Positions 55,574-61,959 of a DNA stretch of 61,959 bases are shown piece by piece. This DNA is from Candidatus Danuiimicrobium aquiferis (GTDB lineage Bacteria > Omnitrophota > Omnitrophia > Omnitrophales > Danuiimicrobiaceae), in contig MHFR01000045.1 of NCBI GenBank assembly GCA_001804285.1, positions 534 through 62,492 of the forward strand. Reading direction: 5' to 3'. The first letter of the stretch is position 1. Each line of letters starts with the position of its first letter. The notes beneath the pieces were generated by a model. That model was not told the DNA's origin. It made no database searches and worked only from the letters and a program-made list of their open reading frames with translations. A program made the translations under genes and the position numbers.

Positions 55574-58093
55574 ATGAGTGATTCCAAGAAGCTGCAGAAA
55601 TGTCTTTGTATGCACGGACATTTCTATCAACCTCCACGCGAGAATCCGTGGCTGGAAGCGATTGAAAGCCAGGAAAGTGCTGCCCCTTACCATGATTGGA
55701 ACGAACGAATTCATGCCGAATGTTATCTCCCGAATGCCCGCGCTCGAGTGCTCGATCACACATGGAAAATCGTTAACATTATTAATAATTACGAACGAAT
55801 GAGTTTTAATTTCGGGCCGACGCTCCTTTCATGGCTTGCCACGAAACATACGGTTGTATGTAAATATTTACTAGAGGCGGATCGGAAAAGTTTAGAAAAA
55901 CACGGAGGCCATGGAAATGCCATCGCGCAAGTTTATAATCACATGATTATGCCGCTTGCCAATGAGCGCGATCAGAACACACAGGTGAAATGGGGTGTGT
56001 CTGAATTCCGTTATCGTTACGGCCGCGAGCCCGAAGCGATTTGGCTTCCCGAGACAGCTTGTAATCAGCAGACGATGGAGGTGCTGATCAAGAATGGAAT
56101 CAAATTTACGATTCTCGAGCCGCATCAAATCAATCAAATTAAACATCTCAACGATGACAAGTGGCATCACATTCCTGTTGGGACGATTGACCCAAAACAG
56201 CCATACCGGATTTTCTCGGAACTGGATCCCGAAAAATATATCGACATTTTCGTTTATGACGGGCCGATTTCAAAAGATATCGGATTTTCTGACTTGTCGC
56301 GTGATTCAAAGGCGCTCGCCAACCGTTTTGACGGAGCGATTGACCGGAACCGTCAGACGAATCAGATCATCAGCGTTGCGACGGATGGAGAAACCTTCGG
56401 CCATCACAAGCATTTTGCCGATCGGACACTCGCGTATTTTTTAAATGTTGAGGCCGAGCAGCGGGGCCTTCGGATTGTCAATTTTGGAGAATATTTAGAG
56501 GAAAATCCGCCGCAATATGCGATTAAGTTGAATCCGGGAGAAGGCGAGGGAACGGCTTGGAGTTGTGCGCATGGGATCCGGCGATGGAAAGATCATTGCG
56601 GTTGCCGCGGTGGCGGGCCGGCTGAGTGGCATCAACATTGGCGGAAACCATTACGGGAATCGCTTGACTGGTTGAGGGATGAACTCGCCAGGGTTTTTGA
56701 AGAAGTCGGCGGAAAATATTTCCGGGATGTTTGGGAAACAAGGGATGATTATATTTCGGTGGTGTTGAATCGTTCGCCCGAAAATGTAAAGGCTTTTTTG
56801 ACGGAACACGCGATCGTTCCTCTCAGCGAAGAAAATCGGGTGATTTGCCTGAAGCTTCTTGAGATGCAACGGCATGCGATGCTCATGTATACGAGTTGCG
56901 GCTGGTTTTTTTCGGAAATCTCAGGAATTGAAACAGTTCAGATTTTACAATATGCAGCGCGCGCGATTCAACTGGCTGAGGAAGTTTCCGATCAGAGTTT
57001 TGAAAAAGATTTTTTAGAACGGCTCGCGATGGCGAAGAGCAATGTACCTGAATTTCGCGATGGACGCGGGGTTTATCAATTACTCGTTAGGGCGTCGATG
57101 TTTTCACTTGCGCATATGGCAAGCTGCTATGCGACCTGTTCGATTTTTAATGATTATTTTGGAGAAAAAGAAAATATTCAACTTTACTGCTACAACCTCA
57201 AAGTGTCATATCAGCGGAAGGAATCTTTTGGGAATATCACCCTGAATTATGGGCGAATCCGGATTGATTCAAATATTACGTTTGAAGCGGCGGATTATGT
57301 GTTTGCGGTCATTCAGATCGGCCAATACGATTTCCGTTGTTCCGTGAAGCCCTTCCAAGGGTATTCGGAATTCAAGAAGGTGGAAGAAGAATTATTTAAA
57401 GGGCTCGAAGTGCTGCACATGGTCGAGTTGATGCGGAAAATCGACATTTATTTTGGTGAAAAATATTTTTCTCTTAAAGATTTGCCGCTTGAGGAAAGAA
57501 AGAAAGTGATTTCGATTTTAACGGGCGAAATGATCGAAAAAATATCGAATCAGCAAGAGCAGCTTTTCGATGAAAACCGGAAAATGAACGAAATCTACCG
57601 GTCGATTAATCTTCCGATTCCGAAAGAAATTCGATTTGCGGCTGCCCATACGCTGAAACGGCGCCTTGAACGGGCGGTGGAAGAATTAGCTGAAGGATCA
57701 TTTAGTCCCAAAAAAGCAATTCCCGTTTATCGAATTATTGAAATGGCGAAATCGTTTGATATCGAACTTGAAAAAGAAAATGTAGCGCATTTTCTCAGGA
57801 ATGAACTTGACACGCGCACGCGAAGACTCCTGGAAAAAGTGGATTCCAATCTGATGATGGAATGCCTTCATATTGGGAAGCTGGCCAAGAAAATTGGGAT
57901 CGAGCTTGATATGCGCGAGTCGCAGGATCATGTTTTTTCTTTGACGAATCAATTTGATTCCCGGAACCATATTGTCCCATTTCTCGACGGAGAAACCAAA
58001 GTGCAGCTACTGAGCTTGCTTGCCATGGCTCACATCAACACAAGCGTTCTTAAAAAAGCGCTTGAAGTCGCGATTCCTCAAAAGAGCAATTAA
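55574..58093 (+). CDS. Glycoside hydrolase family 57 protein with a long C-terminal extension (DUF3536-type architecture)
   Basis: The N-terminal CMHGHFYQPPRENPWLEAIE...PYHDWNERI is the GH57 signature. It also carries ATDGETFGHH. It is 839 aa. Confidence 0.88.
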   Translation: MSDSKKLQKCLCMHGHFYQPPRENPWLEAIESQESAAPYHDWNERIHAECYLPNARARVLDHTWKIVNIINNYERMSFNFGPTLLSWLATKHTVVCKYLLEADRKSLEKHGGHGNAIAQVYNHMIMPLANERDQNTQVKWGVSEFRYRYGREPEAIWLPETACNQQTMEVLIKNGIKFTILEPHQINQIKHLNDDKWHHIPVGTIDPKQPYRIFSELDPEKYIDIFVYDGPISKDIGFSDLSRDSKALANRFDGAIDRNRQTNQIISVATDGETFGHHKHFADRTLAYFLNVEAEQRGLRIVNFGEYLEENPPQYAIKLNPGEGEGTAWSCAHGIRRWKDHCGCRGGGPAEWHQHWRKPLRESLDWLRDELARVFEEVGGKYFRDVWETRDDYISVVLNRSPENVKAFLTEHAIVPLSEENRVICLKLLEMQRHAMLMYTSCGWFFSEISGIETVQILQYAARAIQLAEEVSDQSFEKDFLERLAMAKSNVPEFRDGRGVYQLLVRASMFSLAHMASCYATCSIFNDYFGEKENIQLYCYNLKVSYQRKESFGNITLNYGRIRIDSNITFEAADYVFAVIQIGQYDFRCSVKPFQGYSEFKKVEEELFKGLEVLHMVELMRKIDIYFGEKYFSLKDLPLEERKKVISILTGEMIEKISNQQEQLFDENRKMNEIYRSINLPIPKEIRFAAAHTLKRRLERAVEELAEGSFSPKKAIPVYRIIEMAKSFDIELEKENVAHFLRNELDTRTRRLLEKVDSNLMMECLHIGKLAKKIGIELDMRESQDHVFSLTNQFDSRNHIVPFLDGETKVQLLSLLAMAHINTSVLKKALEVAIPQKSN

Positions 58094-58098
58094 GCCTC

Positions 58099-59193
58099 AT
58101 GCCGAACCTCAAAAAAGAACAACCGAAAAGCGTTGAAATTGCTCAACCGACGGATTCTTTTAAGAATGCGCGGCGGTTGATCCATTTTTTATCCCGGCAC
58201 AGAAAGAATATTCCGAATATACTGGTTATGGTGCATGATTTTCCGGATCCTGACGCAATCGCGTCTGCGTATACGCTCCAATATATAGCTGAAAAAAAAT
58301 TCGGGATTGAAAGCCGGATTGTGTTTGGAGGCGTGATCGGACGGACGGAAAACCGCGCCATGGTGGATATTTTAAAGATTCGGTTGCATAAGATTCGGCC
58401 CGTTGATTTTAAAAAATATGCAAATATTGTGCTTGTAGATACACAACCGGGGTTTGGAAATAATTCTTTCCCCCAAAACGGGAAGGCTACGATTGTGATT
58501 GATCAGCACGAACCGCTTTCTGAAAAAGTCCAAGCGAAGCTTTCGATTATTGACACAGGGTGCGGCGCGACTTGCGTGATTCTAACGCAGGCACTGCTTC
58601 TTCTGAATATCGAAATCCCGAAGAGGATCGCTACGGCGCTTGCGTATGGCATTTTATCGGATACCATGAATTTGTACAGGGCTGACCGGAGCGACGTCAT
58701 TCAAACCTATTTGGATATTTTACATTATTCGGATTTAAGAGCACTCGCCAAAATTCAAAATCCGGAACGGTCGCGGTCGTTTTTTTCAACCCTTGCAAGG
58801 TCGATACAAGGCGCAATGTTTTGCCGTGGGTTGATTGTGTCTCATCTGAAAAATGTGGTGAATCCCGATCTGGTTTCGTTGGTTGCGGATTTTCTTCAGG
58901 CTTACCGGGGTATCAAGTGGGTTTTTTGTACGGGCCGTTATAAGGGAACATTGTATATTTCATTTCGAACGACCAACCTGAATGTCGATGCAGGTGAAAT
59001 TTTACGCGATATTTTTATACGCCGGGGTAAAGCCGGCGGCAGCGGAACCATGGCGGGTGGTCGGTTTGAAGTCGGGACAGATGTTTCCGAAAGTGTCTGG
59101 GAAGAAGTTGAAGTTTCCTTCGTGGAGCGCCTCCGCCGCCGCATTCGCATTCCAGCCCGCGCTGACTTCTATTTCCCATTCCGCAATAGATAG
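58099..59193 (+). CDS. DHH/DHHA1-family phosphoesterase
   Basis: It carries VHDFPDPDAIASA, VLVDTQP, IDQHE and a C-terminal GGSGTMAGG (a variant of the DHHA1 GGGH motif). Confidence 0.75.
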   Translation: MPNLKKEQPKSVEIAQPTDSFKNARRLIHFLSRHRKNIPNILVMVHDFPDPDAIASAYTLQYIAEKKFGIESRIVFGGVIGRTENRAMVDILKIRLHKIRPVDFKKYANIVLVDTQPGFGNNSFPQNGKATIVIDQHEPLSEKVQAKLSIIDTGCGATCVILTQALLLLNIEIPKRIATALAYGILSDTMNLYRADRSDVIQTYLDILHYSDLRALAKIQNPERSRSFFSTLARSIQGAMFCRGLIVSHLKNVVNPDLVSLVADFLQAYRGIKWVFCTGRYKGTLYISFRTTNLNVDAGEILRDIFIRRGKAGGSGTMAGGRFEVGTDVSESVWEEVEVSFVERLRRRIRIPARADFYFPFRNR

Positions 59194-59204
59194 GCTATCC
59201 TCTG

Positions 59205-59228
59205 ACAGATCGGATTGGATCTGTTTTA
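59205..59228 (+). terminator. Weak intrinsic terminator candidate
   Basis: ACAGATC (59205-11) pairs with GATCTGT (59218-24) around a 6-nt loop, followed by TTTT. Confidence 0.4.
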
Positions 59229-59332
59229 AAATGATATTTTTCAAAATGACTTTATGATGAAGTTATGGTTTAATAATCCCGTGTTTTTCACTTACAGAGA
59301 AGCTAATAAAGAATTATTGCGGAGAGGATCAA

Positions 59333-59809
59333 ATGAGTGTCATTTCTGAAAAAGCGATGCATTTTCTCGAAAAACAAGGGGTGGTGGTCGTTTCGACCCT
59401 GGATGAATTTGGGAAAATTCATTGTTCCGTCAAAGGCATCGTCGGACTTGAAAAAGAAGGTAAAGTATTCGTCATCGATCTTTATCATCACCGGACCTTT
59501 CAAAATCTTCAAAAAAATCCGACAGTTAGTATTACTGCAATCGATGAGCACGCATTTGCGGGTTATACATTGCAAGGCAAGGCAAAGATTGTTCCGCGCG
59601 AGGAAATTCAAGGGCATATTATCGAAAAATGGGAAAAAAGGATTGTTCGGCGCATCTCAAATCGACTGATTAAGAGTTTGCAGGCGGGTGTTTTGACGGA
59701 GCGCCATCATGAAGCACATCTGCCCACCGTTCCGAAATATTTAATCGAAGTTGATGTCGAAAAAGTGATTGATTTAACACCGCCGGTCAGGAAATCACCG
59801 GACAATTAA
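59333..59809 (+). CDS. Pyridoxamine 5'-phosphate oxidase-like FMN-binding split-barrel protein
   Basis: 158 aa. The N-terminal pattern ...FLEKQGVVVVSTLDEFGKIHCSVKG... and the later ...VSITAIDEHAFAGYTLQGKA are typical of the family. Confidence 0.65.
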   Translation: MSVISEKAMHFLEKQGVVVVSTLDEFGKIHCSVKGIVGLEKEGKVFVIDLYHHRTFQNLQKNPTVSITAIDEHAFAGYTLQGKAKIVPREEIQGHIIEKWEKRIVRRISNRLIKSLQAGVLTERHHEAHLPTVPKYLIEVDVEKVIDLTPPVRKSPDN

Positions 59810-59912
59810 GCGAATATTCGCTGCCGGATGATGTTTTCGGCAATCGCTCGATATGACTAAAGATTTTCCAAAACCGGAAATTAAAAAAACCGGAAAGTGG
59901 TAAAAAAGGTTC

Positions 59913-61391
59913 ATGCGGACACACCCGATTCTGTATCAAATTAATGCGCTTTCTTTTTTGCAACGCTTAAATGAAGCAAACCGTCTGCATTCGACCATCT
60001 CTGATTTTATTGATCGAGGCTGGCGGATGCTCATGAACCGGGGTTTCGATCTGGTGTGGCTGATGGGCGTTTGGCAGAGAAGTCCCGAAGCGCGCAAAAT
60101 TGCATTGAACCATCAAGGCCTGAGGGAGCATTACACCCGGATTTTACCCGGCTGGAATGATGACGACGTGACAGGTTCTCCGTATGCCGTTTATTCCTAC
60201 GAGATTGATTCGCGGCTCGGAAGCAAAGAAGAATTTCTTCAGGTAAAATCGAGATTGAATCAGTTGGGGATTAAGCTGATACTCGACTTTGTGCCGAATC
60301 ATTTGGCGATCGACCATTCATGGACATTTTCAAATCCGGCGCGTTTTATCAACGGAAACGAAAATTTACAACGTGAACATCCCGGCTGGTTTTTTAAATC
60401 AGCGAGCGGTGCTATTCTTGCGCATGGCCGTGATCCCTATTTTCCCCCATGGTCTGACACGGTTCAGGTCAATTTTTTTTCGGAAGACATGCGTGCAGCG
60501 TTGATTGGTGAATTGCTAAAGGTGGCGGAACTTTGTGATGGTGTCCGCTGTGATATGGCGATGTTAGGATTGAATGATGTATTTGCATGGATTTGGGGGG
60601 CGTTTCTTGGGAATGTGACATTGCCGAACAAAGAGTTTTGGGCGCTCGCGATTCGCGAGGTAAAGCGTCGCTATCCCAAATTTATTTTCATGGCGGAAGT
60701 TTATTGGGATCTTGAAAAGAGATTACAGGATCTTGGTTTTGATTTTACGTATGATAAAAAGCTGTACGATCTTTTGCTCCATTCCGGATCGGCAGATTTA
60801 AGGGATTATTTAAAAATGGACGCAGCGCTTCAAAACGGGATGGTGCGTTTTATCGAAAACCATGATGAACAAAGAGCTGTTTCGGCTTTTGGCGTTGAAA
60901 AGTCTAAAGCGGCTGCTGTCGTGATGGCGACCATTCCCGGAATGCATTTGTTTCATGATGGACAGTTTGAAGGGAAGAAAATTCATTTGCCGATTCAGCT
61001 GCAACAGGAGCCGCATGAGGGTGCGGATCGCGAGATTGCTGATTTCTACGAAAAGCTCCTTGATTACGCACGTGTGGCGGTGATGCATTACGGGAAATGG
61101 ATGTTTTTAGAATGCCAGCCCTTTGATTCGGGGAATTCATCTCATCGGAATATTTTGGCATGGTGCTGGCATGATGAATCGGACGTGCGCGTTATCATGG
61201 TTAATTATTCGCAACTTGGATCTCAGGCGAGAATTAGCATCCCGGAGTGTTTTTTTTCAAAGGCACCGACTTTGCGCTTGCGTGATCATTTAACGAAACA
61301 AAATATGCCCCCTGTCCGGAAAGAAGAAATTGAAAACGGAATTCCGATTCATCTGGAACCATGGCAATCCTGTTTACTGCAACCTGTTTAG
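59913..61391 (+). CDS. GH13 alpha-amylase-family glycosidase
   Basis: The four GH13 conserved regions are present: LILDFVPNH, GVRCDMA, FMAEVYW and FIENHDE. Confidence 0.88.
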   Translation: MRTHPILYQINALSFLQRLNEANRLHSTISDFIDRGWRMLMNRGFDLVWLMGVWQRSPEARKIALNHQGLREHYTRILPGWNDDDVTGSPYAVYSYEIDSRLGSKEEFLQVKSRLNQLGIKLILDFVPNHLAIDHSWTFSNPARFINGNENLQREHPGWFFKSASGAILAHGRDPYFPPWSDTVQVNFFSEDMRAALIGELLKVAELCDGVRCDMAMLGLNDVFAWIWGAFLGNVTLPNKEFWALAIREVKRRYPKFIFMAEVYWDLEKRLQDLGFDFTYDKKLYDLLLHSGSADLRDYLKMDAALQNGMVRFIENHDEQRAVSAFGVEKSKAAAVVMATIPGMHLFHDGQFEGKKIHLPIQLQQEPHEGADREIADFYEKLLDYARVAVMHYGKWMFLECQPFDSGNSSHRNILAWCWHDESDVRVIMVNYSQLGSQARISIPECFFSKAPTLRLRDHLTKQNMPPVRKEEIENGIPIHLEPWQSCLLQPV

Positions 61392-61404
61392 TCAAGGAGA
61401 TCTT

Positions 61405-61794
61405 ATGACCTTTGTCGAATTATTAAAGCAAATCAAAACCGTTGAACTACACGAAATCCGTGTTGATTTGCCGGAAAAACTCGAAGTGGTTTCCACGAAT
61501 CAAAATCTCAGTCAACTTACCGCGTTTTTTGACCAGTTTTTCGGCAAACCGCTTAAAGCTCCGAATGAATTCCCATCGGGGATTGCCAAAAAATATGCAG
61601 GCCCCTATGGGGGAATACGATCGGATCAGACACTTTATTGCTTGCATGATGGGGAAGTCTGCAGTTTCGTCATGATTTGGCCGTGGTCAGATAATATGTT
61701 ATCGACCGTTAAAATTTTCCAAGATAAAGTGGCGCCCGTTTCGGCGCCGTCCGGCAAGGCAGTGCAGAGTTTTTTTAAACGTTTTTTCGAGTAA
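61405..61794 (+). CDS. Hypothetical protein (129 aa)
   Basis: The ATG at 61405 lies 6 nt after AAGGAG. The longer ORF-track start at 61330 would overlap the GH13 gene by 62 nt. Confidence 0.5.
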   Translation: MTFVELLKQIKTVELHEIRVDLPEKLEVVSTNQNLSQLTAFFDQFFGKPLKAPNEFPSGIAKKYAGPYGGIRSDQTLYCLHDGEVCSFVMIWPWSDNMLSTVKIFQDKVAPVSAPSGKAVQSFFKRFFE

Positions 61795-61804
61795 CTATAC
61801 GCCC

Positions 61805-61873
61805 GGTACCATTTCCAAAAGTGCCAGGTTCTGACTTCATTGGTATAGAACCCTGCACTTTTGGAAATGGTAC
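61805..61873. repeat. Long inverted repeat (27-nt arms, ~16-nt loop) right after the last gene
   Basis: The reverse complement of GGTACCATTTCCAAAAGTGCCAGGTTC matches GAACCCTGCACTTTTGGAAATGGTAC with 2 mismatches. Confidence 0.8.
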
Positions 61874-61959
61874 AGGCCAGTTGACTCATAATAAAAGGTA
61901 ACCGAAGGAAGTAAGGGGCATCGAATCGTTGCCTCATCATCAAGGTTACTGAGCAAGCC

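Noticed and set aside
61330-61404. Upstream extension of the last CDS (ORF-track start 61330)
   Set aside because: It would overlap the GH13 gene by 62 nt. The ATG at 61405 has an AAGGAG RBS at ideal spacing, just after the GH13 stop.

Overview
The window opens inside a giant ORF that is cut off at its 5' end (at least 4,079 aa visible). About 285 tandem 13-aa units make up almost all of it (consensus h-N-W-x-D-h-x-x-h-S-D/E/K-x-G/N; 39-nt period, 78-nt super-period). A 340-aa non-repeat C-terminal module follows the array. Next is a ~450-nt spacer holding two families of palindromic repeat elements. After that comes a 14.3-kb array of 15 same-strand genes with no gap larger than 33 nt. It encodes, in order: (i) an internally duplicated, membrane-anchored protein of unknown family; (ii) a divergent F-type ATPase gene set in a non-canonical order (alpha, epsilon, c, b/delta-C fusion, gamma, beta), with no a subunit in the window; (iii) a type II secretion / type IV pilus-like set: GspE with a C-terminal PilZ domain, GspF, GspG, two minor pseudopilins, a GspL/PilM-N fusion, GspM/PilO and a TPR protein. 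No secretin, GspC or prepilin peptidase is present, and a GspK homologue sits ~4.4 kb further downstream. Between them lies a three-component glycosylation module: GT2, DUF2304 and an STT3-like membrane protein whose WWDYG motif reads WWPPG. The region 34-43 kb is a surface-glycan locus (methyltransferase, flippase, sulfatase-like, HprK-like P-loop protein, DegT aminotransferase, GT2, polytopic membrane proteins) with further palindromic elements, one lying in frame inside a membrane-protein gene. The region 43-62 kb is housekeeping: lhgO, nadE, flotillin, ICMT-like methyltransferase, ogt, rsfS, argS, miaA, Nudix, CheY-like receiver, deoxyhypusine-synthase homologue, hldD, GH57, DHH phosphoesterase, PNPOx-like, GH13. 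I saw no rRNA, tRNA, CRISPR array, transposase or integrase. The main candidate for a new system is the giant NW-repeat protein together with the downstream membrane protein, F-type ATPase and secretin-less T2SS-like operon. The gene content resembles what I recall being reported for ultra-small PVC-group/Omnitrophota-like bacteria, but that taxonomic guess is inference only.
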